A stretch of 64,000 nt of DNA from Octopus vulgaris (lineage: Eukaryota): the NCBI GenBank assembly GCA_951406725.2, contig OX597829.1, forward strand, positions 17,732,001-17,796,000, given 5' to 3'. Numbering within the stretch: position 1 is the stretch's first letter; the number at the start of each line of letters is the position of its first letter. The translations under genes were made by a program, and so were the position numbers. The notes under the pieces were generated by a model, which searched no databases, was not told the DNA's origin, and saw nothing but the letters and a program-made list of their open reading frames with translations. This document shows positions 27,858 through 40,210 of the stretch, piece by piece.

Positions 27858-28152
27858 ATCTGGTTTTATATCAGAGTCACTTTCTCCTAGAGTCATGCTT
27901 CAACAAAAGTTGAGATATGCCTCACCAGGCAAACCTAGTGCAGGTGCCGCTTTGATGGCCGACGATACGGCCATACAACAGGCTGTACTCGATTCCATGT
28001 CATCAGTAGCACATATGTGAAACCTCAAAAGTGACCTGAAAACATGCATGTATGTATTTATGTCTGTTTGTATGTATGTATGTATGTATGTATGTATGTA
28101 TGTATGTATGTATGTATGTATGTATGTATGTATGTATGTATGTATGTACGTA

Positions 28153-28560
28153 CTTTACTTGTTTCAGTCATTTTGACTGTGGCCATGCTGTAGCAGCGCC
28201 TTTAGTCGAGTAATTCGACCTCAGGACTTATTCTTTGGAAGCCTCGTGCTTATTCTATCGGTCTCTTATGCCGAACCGCTAAGTTACGGTGACGTAAACA
28301 CACCAGCATCGGCTGTCAAGCGATGTTGGGGGACACAGACACACAGACACACAAACATACACACACACACACACATATAGATATATATATATACGACGGG
28401 CTTCTTTCAGTTTCCGTCTACCAAATCCACTCTCAATGCTTTGGTCGGCCCGAGGCTATAGTAGAAGAAGACACTTGCCAAAGTGCCACGCAATGGGACT
28501 GAACCCGGAACCATGTGGTTGGTAAGCAAGCTACTTACTACACGGCCACTCCTACGCCTA
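28153..28560 (-). mobile_element. SINE family A, full length
   Basis: Complete reverse-complement copy from head TAGGCGTAGGAGTGGCC to tail GACTGAAACAAGTAAAG. Confidence 0.92.
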
Positions 28561-28584
28561 TATATATACATTTTAGATATCTTT

Positions 28585-29100
28585 TATCTTTTACTTCGTT
28601 AATTCATTGGAATGTGACCATTCGGGGACACGACTTTAAAGCATTTTTAGTCGAATGAATCGATCCCAATGCTGTTTTCCTATTTTAAGTTTGGCACTTA
28701 TTCTATCGGTCTTCTTGCCGTACCGCTAAGCTACTGGAACAAAAACACGAATTTCGATTATCAAGCGGTAGTGGGGGGGGGCAATCACAGGCACAAAGAT
28801 ACACATAGACACAGGCATACTTACAAACATACATAGATACATACATACATACATACATACATAATACATACATACATACATGTATATATATGTATATATT
28901 TGTGTGTGTGTATCCCTCCAGCATCGCTTAACAACCCCTGTTGGTGTATTTGCATCCCCGTAAGTTGACGGTTCGGCGAAAGAGACCGACAGAATAAGTA
29001 CTAGGCTCACAAAGAATAAGTCTTGGCGTCGATTTGTCCGGTGAAAGACGGTGTTCTAGCATGGCCGCAGTCAAATGACTGAAACAATCAAAAGAACAAA
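28585..29100. mobile_element. Two family A 3' halves in opposite orientation sharing one microsatellite
   Basis: Minus copy at 28585-28800 and plus copy at 28900-29100. Confidence 0.7.
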
Positions 29101-29104
29101 AGAA

Positions 29105-29311
29105 TTAAACTGGAACTCTTCTTGTCAGGGGTCCCAGATGAACCTACCTCTCGGCAGGAAACACAGATGAGGGCAGCGGCATCGAACTCCCTTGTTGATC
29201 AAGTGCCACGTATCATAGGTGGTTTCACATACTAGTGTAGCTCATTCAACGGTGGTGCCCCAGCATGGCCGCAGCCTTCGGGCTGAAAGATTTTTAAGGA
29301 TTTAAGGATTT
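29105..29311 (+). mobile_element. CR1/L2-group LINE 3' end (sister subfamily) with (TTTAAGGA)n tail
   Basis: Translation KLELFLSGVPDEPTSRQETQMRAAASNSLVDQVP, then GGTGGTGCCCCAGCATGGCCGCAGCCTTCGGGCTGAAA. Confidence 0.85.
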
Positions 29312-30065
29312 ATATATATATATATATATATGGTTTGTTTCAGTTTATATATATATGGTTTGTTTCAGTTTATATATATATGGTTTGTTTCAGTTTATAT
29401 ATATATATGGTTTGTTTCAGTTTGCGTCTATCGAATCCTCTCACAAGGCTTTCGTCGGTGCTAGACTTATAGTAGGAGACACTTGCCCGAGTTCAATTCA
29501 ATGGGACTGAACCCGGCAGCGACGACGACGGCAACAACAACAACAACAACAACAGCAACAACACCAAAATGCAATGATTGAAAAGAGCCGCCTAACTTGA
29601 CAGAGTGAAGAAAAAAAAATAAATGAGATTGCTTAGCAAGATATTTTAACAGATTGAGATAAAGATATATATATATATATATATATATACATACATACGA
29701 AATCACTGTGTGAAGAAAATGGAGTGGGAGGAAGGAAGGAATGGAGAAAGGAAGGAAGGAAGGTAGGGGTAAGCGTAACACGTGTTTGGTGTCTCTTTTC
29801 AAATTGCTTCTCTCTTCCGTTTTAGTTAGGGAAGGGGGAGTTACATGGAAAAGGGGACGGCTCAGTTTCACAACATAGTTTCTAACAAACACAAAAATGC
29901 AACCACACACGGGCATAATATCTGTCTGTTTGTCTGTCTGTCTGCTTTCCTGTATGTATGTATGCATGCATATATATATATATATATATACACGTACACA
30001 TTCATGAAGGTTTATACTTAATCTCACATATGAAATATGTATATATTTTTATATATATGTTATAC

Positions 30066-30132
<67 letters not shown>

Positions 30133-30256
30133 TTTATTCAAATACACAAATGTACACACATATTAATGATATACATACATATGTATTCATATATATATAT
30201 ATATTACATACATATATATTCATATATATATATAGAGAGATAGATATAGATATATA

Positions 30257-30292
<36 letters not shown>

Positions 30293-30686
30293 TGTATGTA
30301 TGTATGTATGTATGTATGTATGTATGTATGTATGTGTAAGTGTGTGTTTGTGTGTGTATGAGTCTGTGTGTGTGCTCGTGTGTACGAGTGTATGTGCGCG
30401 TTGATTCAGCGAAAGATGATAATTTGTAGTACTCAATGCAGAAGCCTAGTGTATTCTCATATACGTTATAAATGAATTTGACAAACAGTCCACTCTTTTG
30501 CAGAACATTTACAAAAGAGACTCTTTCAACATTAAGACAAAACGTCGAAGTCACATTTACCTTATTTCAAAATAAGTATTCGTGAGTAAACCTATGACAC
30601 TGAGTTCAATCAAGAATATATAATTAGTTTTTTCTTTCTTGTCATAAAGAAAAGTGAATGTCCTTTTAAACATACACACAAACATT

Positions 30687-30837
30687 TGTGTGGTACGTAG
30701 CTTGTTTACGAACCACATAGTTCCGGGTTCAGTCCCACTGCGTGGCACCTTGGGCGAGCATCTTCTACTATATCCTCGGACCAACCAAAGCCTTGTGAGT
30801 GGATTTGGTAGACGGAAACTGAAAGAAACCCGTCGTA

Positions 30838-30910
<73 letters not shown>

Positions 30911-31142
30911 GTGTATGTATGTGTATGTTTGTGTATCTGTGTTTGTCCCACTCCCAACATCGCTTGACAACCGATGCTGGTGTGTTTACGTCTCTGTAAC
31001 TTAACGGTTCGGCAAAAGAGACCGGTAGAATAAGTACTAGGCTTACAAAGAATAAGTCCTAGGGTCGATTTGGTCGACTAAAGGCGGTGCTCCAGCATGG
31101 CCACAGTCAAATGACTGAAACAAGTAAAAGAGTAAAAAGAGT
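30687..31142 (+). mobile_element. SINE family A, near full length
   Basis: Matches the family consensus throughout. Confidence 0.92.
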
Positions 31143-31175
31143 GAAGATATATATATATAAACATATATACATGCA

Positions 31176-31345
31176 TATATGGGTACAGGACGTCACCAAT
31201 TATGCAAATAACATGAAATATGTAAACAAACAAGGGAAAAACGAGTGAAATATGTAGACAATGAAAAAAAAATGGAAAACAGGACAAATAAACACAGAGA
31301 AAGGTTCCCTCATCAACTGTCGGCTGTCTTTCTATGAGTTTTCAA
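31176..31345 (-). mobile_element. Penelope-like terminal fragment
   Basis: Begins TATGGGTACAGGACGT, the reverse complement of the terminus of the GIY-YIG element at 27128-27143. Confidence 0.55.
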
Positions 31346-31402
31346 ACACAGTTGCTGCTCATAAATTCTAAGATAAAATTTAGGATTTATGGAGGGTCAA
31401 AG

Positions 31403-31469
<67 letters not shown>

Positions 31470-31480
<11 letters not shown>

Positions 31481-31657
31481 CTGTGTTTGTCCCCCCAACA
31501 CCGCTTGACAACCGATGCTGGTGTGTTTACGTCCCCGTAACTTAGTGGTTCGGCATAAGTGTCAGATAGAATAAGTACTAGGCTTACAAAGAATAAGTCT
31601 TGGAGTCGATTTGTTCGACTAAAGGAAGTGCTCAAGCATAGCCACAAGTAAAAGAGT
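31470..31657 (+). mobile_element. SINE family A 3' half
   Basis: CCGCTTGACAACCGATGCTGGTGTG...AGAATAAGTACTAGGC. Confidence 0.85.
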
Positions 31658-32294
31658 AGGACAGACACAGAATGACCCTAATTTTTCATCAGTTTCGTTT
31701 TTTTTAATTAGTTTCGTAGCTTTAAGACAGAGAACTTCCCAGAAACAGCTGTTGAGCATATAACACCTTTCATATATCTCTTTAATTCTCTCTGCCGTTT
31801 GTACTCTGTGTAATTTGGATCTATTAATATAAATGTCTATATATTTATACTTAAATATTGATCGTCTGAAAGTCTCCACTTTATGCTTTCTCTTATTTTG
31901 CAACACTTACCTGATTTTTTTTCTAATATTCGAGTATACGCCATGATCATCAGGTAACAAGTGTTTCTATATAGGTTTAATATAAATTGAATGAGGTTAA
32001 TATTTCCTTTTTTCTTTTTGGGTAAATGAATTGTTTTCATTGGCTAGATTGTACTGTTTTATTAAGGCATTTTCTATGTCGTCGTTTTATTTTCTCGTCT
32101 GCTGCTCTATTTAATATATTTCGGAATTGCTTCTGTCTATTGCTTTCAAATCTTGCTTACAGAAACTCTGATGAAAATGTTCATATGTTTATCATTTTGT
32201 TTGCTTAAATTCAGCAGTTGTCTTACCTCAGCTTATTATTACATAACCGTATCCAGTTTGGCTAAACAGTTCTCTGCTTTGCCTGAGTTAGTTT

Positions 32295-32697
32295 ATTTAT
32301 TTATTTTATTTTATCTAGTTTCCGCTCACGAGCTGTGGCCATGCTGGGGCACCGCCATTCGGTGTTGCTACATGATTTTACTTCACGAATGCTTTTTAGC
32401 AATTGCCATTTGGTGCATGAGAGAGTTCGATGCAGCTGCCCTCATCTGCACCTCCTGCCGTGAAGTTGGTTCATCTGGGACACCTGACAGGAAGAGATCC
32501 AGTTTTATTTTAAAGACATCTGCATCCACCCCATGCAGGTCTCTCAGGTCCTTCGGGAGGATATTGAAGAGCTGTGGACCTCTGAAGCCCAGGCTATCAC
32601 AGTATCTTGTCTTACATCTTGATGGCAAATTTGGAGTCCTTGGCATTATGCAATGGCACCCAGTTCTAGCATTTGTGTAACTCTCGATGCCAAAGTT
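32295..32697 (-). mobile_element. CR1/L2-group LINE 3' end
   Basis: Translation NFGIESYTNARTGCHCIMPRTPNLPSRCKTRYCDSLGFRGPQLFNILPKDLRDL..FKIKLDLFLSGVPDEPT..RAAASNSL, with an (AAAT)n-like tail. Confidence 0.88.
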
Positions 32698-33311
32698 GTA
32701 TATTTTTTAATTCTTTTCACGGACCTGTCTATCAATTACATCGCTTTCAAATCTCATTTTGCGATTTAGTATGTGAAGTTTGGTAAAGATGTTTTTGATA
32801 GACTGTGATGGAGTGCATTTTATATAATGTTGAATTTTTTTAGCTCTCTGATGGATAATTTTTCTATTCGGTTATTTCGTCGAGTCGCTTCTGTTGGCAT
32901 TTTTTCTTCCACTTCAGCAGTTGTTCCTCATCTTTGTCACTGGACATTTAACTTGTTTACATTCTGTACAATATCTTGAAAATGAATTCATTCCGATGTC
33001 TACAATACGACATTATGTCATTCTTTTCAGTTAAGAAAGCTTGCTAATTCCTACTTTACACAGAAGACATAACCTGCACAAACTTTTGCAAGTATTGGCA
33101 ATCTCTGTTTGTTATCCAAGACATTATTCTCCTGTATATGAGAAGTATACTTTGACCGAAATATTGCGTTTTATGCATATGGATTTGAACGGATATATGC
33201 ATATATTCATATGTATTTGTATATATGCGGATGTATATGAATAATCATATATTTATATGTGTGTGGGTGTATGTGTGTATGCGTGTGTATATATGTATGT
33301 ATGTATTTATA

Positions 33312-34201
33312 TTGGGTCATTCCATTTGTAATGCGGTTTTTTAAACTTCTTTTATTTTTCAAAAGTAAAATAAACAAAGTTATTTTTCATCTAAAAGAAA
33401 CTTCTTCATTTTCTATGATGCTCTTCCAAATATCTGGTAGACTTGCCATGCCCCTCTTCCAAAATTCACTTTTCTATGTCGAAAAATACTCCTCCAGCAT
33501 CGTTCTGACCTCGTCTACAGAATTCATATTTTTTCCATCCAAATGATTTTTAAACTGCGTAATAAATGATAATCAGATGGGGCAATGTCCGGCAAATATG
33601 GTGGGTGGGACATCATTTCGCATTCAACCTGCTCCAACCTTTGGAATGTCAACCTCATTTCCTAATGGAAGAACACCTTTCGTCCCGAAACCAAAGGTGG
33701 TCGTTTTTCTTCCAGCGCTGATTTGAATGACTGGTTGAATGAACAAATCGAAGCTTCTCTGGTATTTCCTCAACGGTTACGTTAGGATTTTGTTCCACCA
33801 GGGTTTGCAGGATGTCCTCGTCAAGCGCTACAGATCTTCGAAGACGAAGGTCATCTTCTAGGTTGTAGTTTCCGGTTCGGAATTTCTGGAACTACCGTTG
33901 ACACTGGCTTACGCTTATTGTCCAATCCCCATATACTGCGTTAATATTTCTTGCACTTTCTGTTGCGTTGTTGCCTTTATTGAACTCATAAAGCAAAATA
34001 TGTCGAAGATGCTCTTTTGTCACTTCCATTATAACTGTTAAAATCGAACTGCGTTCTTCAAAACTTGCACTAAGAATAAGGACAAGGCAAAATTACTACC
34101 TGCTTTTATAGCAAGTTGATACAGGTAGTTCATCCTGTCCCCCTCCTACTTTTAGTTCATGCAATTGAAAAAAAACCTACATTATTCATGGAATGATCCA
34201 A
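33312..34201 (-). mobile_element. Mariner transposon with TIRs, internally deleted and decayed
   Basis: TIRs TTGGGTCATTCCAT..TAATGCGGTTTTTT and the reverse-complement TTGGATCATTCCAT..TAATGTAGGTTTTTT. N-terminal MEVTKEHLRHILLYEFNKGNNATESARNINAVYG (ATG at 34029); C-terminal DIAPSDYHL..LKNHLDGK..FWKRGMASLPDIWKSIIEN. Confidence 0.92.
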
Positions 34202-34277
34202 CATACATACATATATGTGTGTGTGTATAGATACATACATATATGTATATACATGTATACAGGTATGTATATGTATG

Positions 34278-34311
<34 letters not shown>

Positions 34312-34398
34312 TATGTATATAAATACATGTGTATATGTATATATACATATATATATGTGTATATATATAAGTACATATATAAGCATATATGTGTGTTT

Positions 34399-34463
<65 letters not shown>

Positions 34464-34485
34464 CACACACACACACACACGCACA

Positions 34486-34560
<75 letters not shown>

Positions 34561-34850
34561 TCAGGATTCGAAAGAATTAGGTATTTAAACAGTAAAAGCA
34601 TTAAGGTAGAATCGGGGTAGCGTGCACCTGTGAACCGACAAAGTATACTGACATTTATGTACATACTAACGGGCAACAACGGATTTGTTCTTCCAATTAT
34701 ACATACATTCACAAGTGGATGACTAAATACGCAACGCGTACAGGAGCCCACTCAGTGCATGTGTTCCACAGTCGACTACAAACTCCAGACTCCAGATCAA
34801 GACGTACGGAAGGTTCCGAGTTAGGTGAGAATACATAAATAACACGGATT

Positions 34851-35152
34851 GGTTGCGATTCACTATAGCTGTTTCAGACGTGATTTTATTAATGAAGGAA
34901 AGTGTTACATTATGCCAAAAACCATTTTCATCAAGTGAGTACCGGTATGATGATTTAATCTTACAGATTTCGGCAGGAGACTCTCCTGCCGAAATCAGAT
35001 TGATCGAGTCATCTGGCACTATGTTCTATTATGTAAGTATCTTTAATTGCTAATTCTTACCTGTTTCCCTTGATCGAAACGGGTTTTTGCATGACGTAAC
35101 ACTTTTGTTCATCACTAAAGAACACGTCTGAAAGAGCTGTAGTGAACGCAAC
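34851..35152. mobile_element. Foldback element whose two arms are decayed hammerhead motifs, with a perfect internal 15-bp hairpin
   Basis: Inverted arms at about 34851-34950 and 35055-35152; GATTTCGGCAGGAGA-C-TCTCCTGCCGAAATC at 34966-34996. Confidence 0.7.
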
Positions 35153-35160
35153 TGTGATAC

Positions 35161-35198
<38 letters not shown>

Positions 35199-35293
35199 AT
35201 AATTACGAGTATAATTAGAATTAGGGTTCAGCAAAGATTTGCTTTACCACATACCGAAGTTTAGAAATAGAAATAGCAGCCAAAGAACCTTAG

Positions 35294-35461
<168 letters not shown>

Positions 35462-35638
35462 CATACATACATGCAATATATATATATATATATGTGTGTG
35501 TATGTGTGTATGTCTCTGTGTGTGTGTGCGTGCGGGTGTGTGTATATGTATGTATGCATGTATGTACGTATATATATATATATGCATATAAACTTACTGT
35601 TGACAAAAGTTGGTTGGCGTTCAATTATAGATAATTAA

Positions 35639-36118
35639 AATACACATTAAGTACAGGACATCACGTAAACACACAGAGATAAGTACATGATAAAATACTA
35701 AAGTAAGTCTAACTCCTACTCAGTTGTCGACATTTTATTACTACCCGTTTCTAGATTTCAACGACAAGACAGGAAAACTTCATAAGCCAGCAGCTTCCCA
35801 GACGTCACCCATTACAATTCGTTTTGACCTAACGGCCTTTAATGTCTGTCTTCGTCGATTGTTTCCTGTGACCGTCCACTCTGGTGTCTTTTGTTCGTCA
35901 GAGCGCTAAATCTTTATACATTTTTTATTGTTAAAATTTCTGGATGCTGCTGGCTTATGAAGCTTTCCTGTTTTGTCGTTGAAAGCTCGAAACAGGAAGT
36001 AAGAAACAGTCGACAACTGAGGAGGAGCAAGACTTACTCTGGAATTTTGTCATGCACTTATCTCTGCTTCTTTACGTATTTTTCACGCGTTTCTGAAGTC
36101 CTGTACTTAATGTGTATT
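35639..36118. mobile_element. Large foldback element between (TA)n tracts
   Basis: Inverted arms at 35639-35802 and 35939-36118, e.g. AATACACATTAAGTACAGGAC / GTCCTGTACTTAATGTGTATT and CTTCATAAGCCAGCAGC / GCTGCTGGCTTATGAAG. Confidence 0.8.
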
Positions 36119-36730
36119 AATGTGTATATATATAAAGAGAGAAAGAGTGAGAGGGAGCGAGAGAGAGATAGAGGGGGAGCGAGAGAGAGAGAGGGAGTCG
36201 ATAACGAATTAAAAGTAGCACTAGTGGTATAAACATTATCGATTGCACGTACCCAATGCATGTTTCGTTTGTTCACCGGATTCGCTGCGAGATAGCGCTT
36301 AGAGGAGACTCTTGTTAAGGTTAGGTGTTAAAACGCCTGAAAGGCATAGACAAGCGAGACAACTCACTTCGCATCGAATTCAAGCGTGAGGGATACTACT
36401 AATATTTCGCCATTTTTGTGGCTTGTCAACATTACGTACCTTAGTGGAACTAGGGACAAATCGAAGCACCAGTCTATGTCTATTGATATAATAAGCAGAG
36501 TTAGATCTATTTGCTGATGTGCCACTATAATTAAAGAATCTTGGAAGAAGTCCGCGAAAATGGATACAGGGAATAGCATTACTGAATCATTGAATGAAGT
36601 AGTTTTCAATCTTGAATGATGCTTGGAAAATATATGGCCTGGTTTGGGTTTAACTGTCCTTTTTAGCATGTAAAATGTCCTGTCAAAGGTCTTCTTTCTG
36701 AGTATAAATCTTTATACACTCTTATATATA

Positions 36731-36920
36731 TCGCTAGCCACTATACGCATTTTTTCTCTCTTTCTTTCTCTCCTTGTTTCTTTCTGTATTCCTTTCTGTG
36801 GAAGAGCGTAGGCTCGAAACGTTAAAGACTTTTTCACTTCCCAAGCGTTATACTAATACAGCTGTTTGTTGTCTACACCACCTGTCTTCGTCTTTTGTTT
36901 TTTGGTGAATTGTTCCTATA
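36731..36920 (+). mobile_element. Penelope-like terminal repeat with a hammerhead-like motif (copy 3)
   Basis: Homologous to 15055-15247; motif at 36792-36827. Confidence 0.7.
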
Positions 36921-37804
36921 TATATTATTTTACAAGTTTTCCACAAGCAGAAAATCTACATTCAATTCAGGAAGTGATTCCGACATTTGCAAATGAGTTG
37001 AAGATGTTATGCTACTGCAGTTGCTTTTGTTTATCCCCCAATCAGCCTTCATCGATCAAAGACCTATGATCGAAAGACATTCCATACATTCAGGCGTAAT
37101 GTGCATCTCCCACTTCGTTATCCTTAAAAATACATGATGCGATTTTTAGTCAGTTTAATTGCTATTTTTAGCAATTTAGTTCATACATAAATGTCCACGC
37201 GTTTCCTTTTCGTTTTGCATTTTTTTAAAGTCCTGAACAAGGAAGTATATCAATTGGAAGGCATTTCAGTCGTGATCTTGACGTATATTATTCCGACATT
37301 TTCTTCTTTTTTTTTTTCTTTTGTAGAACAACGATCTCTAACGTGCCCTTCCGTTTTATATGAAATTTTAAATAGATTTACTATTCTATTTTGCTTTTAT
37401 TTTTGTATTTTCTCCATACAGCACAAACGATTGCATAATTAGGAATTCCCACACTCACTGGTCGTTTTTTTTTTTTTTCATACCCTTTTGTTTAGTTAAC
37501 TGGGTGGTTAGCTCAAATAATCAAGAGAATTAACTGAAAATAAAATCCCAAACTGAAGTTGATATAAAGTTCAGTCACACTTGCGGAAATCTTTAGGGAA
37601 ATTAATAAGGAAATGTAGATGTTTAAAAGCAAAGTACTCGTGGTTACAATAATGGGTGTGACGACGGATATGATTCCATAAGAAATCGAAAATTCTGGCA
37701 TTAAAATTTTAATTTAAATTTTGCACTTATTTTGCTTGGTATCAAAGTCTTAATGCTCAGATATGGTGTAATAATGAGAATGTCAACTATTTAGGTCGAT
37801 TTTC

Positions 37805-37906
37805 TATACATGATATGTGTGTGTGTGTTTGTAGGTGTGTGTGTACATGTGCGTGTGTGTGTGTATGTATGTTTGTGTGTGTGTGTGTGTAAGTGTAGAT
37901 ATCCCT

Positions 37907-37999
<93 letters not shown>

Positions 38000-38106
38000 C
38001 AGACAGAGAAACAGACAGACGGACGGACGGACAGATTGATGGATGGACGGATGAACAGAGACAGACAGTCAGACAGAGAGACAGACAGACACACAGACAG
38101 ACAGAC

Positions 38107-38192
<86 letters not shown>
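37805..38192. repeat. Compound (TG)n/(TA)n/(ATAG)n/(ACAG)n microsatellite
   Basis: Directly visible. Confidence 0.97.
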
Positions 38193-38352
38193 ATAGCAAT
38201 AGAGGCAGTGTTGTTCTAGCAAGACATCAGTGTTGAAATAAAGGTCACCTTTTGCTACTAATACGGCTTCTGTGGCTTTCATTATTTTCAATAAGCTCAC
38301 TGGATACTTCTAAGATTAGTGTTTGAATAGAGACTGATATTCTATACCTCGT

Positions 38353-38901
38353 TGACAGGGATATTCGGGTGGTTATATTGCTACAGGATACATGTCACTG
38401 TGACAGGGAGATTCGGGTGTCATATCGCTACAGGATACATGCCACTGTGACAGGGAGATTCGGGTGTCATATCGCTACAGGATACATGCCACTGTGACAG
38501 GGAGATTCGGGTGTTATATCGCTACAGGATACATGCCACTATGATACATGCCACTGTGACAGGGAGATTCGGGTGTCATATCGCTACAGGATACATGCCA
38601 CTGTGACAGGGAGATTCGGGTGTTATATCGCTACAGGATACATGCCACTATGATACATGCCACTGTGACAGGGAGATTCGGGTGTCATATCGCTACAGGA
38701 TACATGCCACTGTGACAGGGAGATTCGGGTGTTATATCGCTACAGGATACATACCACTATGATACATGCCACTATGATACATGCCACTGTGACAGGGAGA
38801 TTCGGGTGTCATATCACTACAGGATACATACCACTGTGACAGGGAGATTCGGGTGTTATATCGCTACAGGATACATACCACTATGATACATGCCACTGTG
38901 A
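38353..38901. repeat. 47-bp minisatellite, 10 units, with interspersed 15-bp sub-repeats
   Basis: Unit TGACAGGGAGATTCGGGTGT(C/T)ATATCGCTACAGGATACATGCCACT(G/A); an extra TGATACATGCCACTG follows units 4, 6, 8 (twice) and 10. Confidence 0.95.
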
Positions 38902-39307
38902 TCTGGAAGAATTTTGTTTGTCAATCATATAGATACGAACGCTTATTTTATGCACAAAGAGTTCATATGAGGTCTTCTCAAGGTATATAATGCAGTATTG
39001 TCTGTTCCAATACAACATCCATGTTAATTTGTACATAAGGCTAGCTTTTCAATATAAACACAGTTCATGCCGCAATCATATATTTTTTGGTAATTCCGCT
39101 GGCTATTTGAAACATTACCGCTTGAAAAGGCTCTGAAATCTTATACATCGTTGACAATTTAGTTAGCCGGGTTCGATTTCTTTCGGTGTGTGGTAAAAAG
39201 TTTGCTTCCAACCATATAGTCCGGTGTCTTCTACAATAGCCTCGAACCAGCCAAAGCCTTGTGAGCGGCGGATATAGTAGACTGAAATTGAAACAAACAA
39301 ATATATA

Positions 39308-39580
39308 TATTCTATAATTATATACATAATTATAATGAGGGGTCAGCTAATTGCGTCGCCAAGTACTGAATTAGAGATAGAGGCTAATGTCTTTTCAACA
39401 CTGATGTCTTTTCAAAGACATTAGCGCCTAATAATAATTCAGTACGTGGCGAGGCAATTAGCTGACCCCTCATTATAATTATGTATATAATCAAAGAATA
39501 TTTGTATAAGTTACCTAAAAGGCTTTTAACGTACTGACAACTTGGTAAAATTATTATTATTATAAATAATCTTACCCTAT
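39308..39580. mobile_element. Foldback Penelope-like terminal element
   Basis: Arms at 39317-39373 and 39435-39491 (57 bp, 2 mismatches) plus inner GCTAATGTCTTT/AAAGACATTAGC, then a unique tail ending CTTACCC-(TA)n. Confidence 0.78.
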
Positions 39581-39794
39581 ATATATATAAAGGATTACTC
39601 CAAAACGTTTACTGGTTCGCTCCCAGTTAGGTATTCAAAACAGATTATTCAATTGTTAATATATTATTCCAATAATATTCTTATAATGTTCGTATAGGAG
39701 AAGAATTTAGAGATATGTTCCGTTAGATAATTCTGAATATATTAGCTTAACCATATAGGTTTTCTGGTGTATATAATATCAGCAATAATAATAG

Positions 39795-40184
39795 TAATCC
39801 TAAAATGGGCACAAGGCCTGAAATCGGGGGAAGGGACAAGTCGATCCCATTGACCCAATGTTTTACTGGTACTTAGTTTAGCGACTCTGAAAGGATGAAA
39901 GCCAAAGTCGACCTCGGCGGAATTTGAACATAAAACGTAGTGACAGACGAAATACCTATTTCTTTACTACCCACAAGGGGCTAAACACAGAGAGGACAAA
40001 CAATAACAGACAAACGGATTAAGTCAATTATATCGACCCCAGTGCGTAACAGGTACTTAATTTATCGACCCGAAAGGATGAAAGGCAAAGTCGACCTCGG
40101 CGGAATTTGAACTCAGAACGTAACGACAAACGAAATACGGCTACGCATTTCGCCCGACGTGCTAACGTTTCTGCCAGCTCACCG
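39795..40184 (-). mobile_element. Dimeric SINE family B composite
   Basis: A full copy (39958-40184) is fused to a 5'-truncated variant copy through GAAATAC|CTATTTC. Confidence 0.85.
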
Positions 40185-40210
40185 TCTGGAATAATGATAA
40201 TAATTATAAC

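Noticed and set aside
31715-31760. GAAACAGCTGTT hammerhead 3' half
   Set aside because: The upstream core is too degenerate (TTTAAGA) and stem II does not pair.
36364-36669. 101-aa non-repetitive ORF
   Set aside because: No recognisable domain or splice context; consistent with chance or a decayed repeat.
38353-38901. CRISPR-like regular repeats
   Set aside because: Units are contiguous with no unique spacers, there are no cas genes, and the context is eukaryotic; it is a minisatellite.
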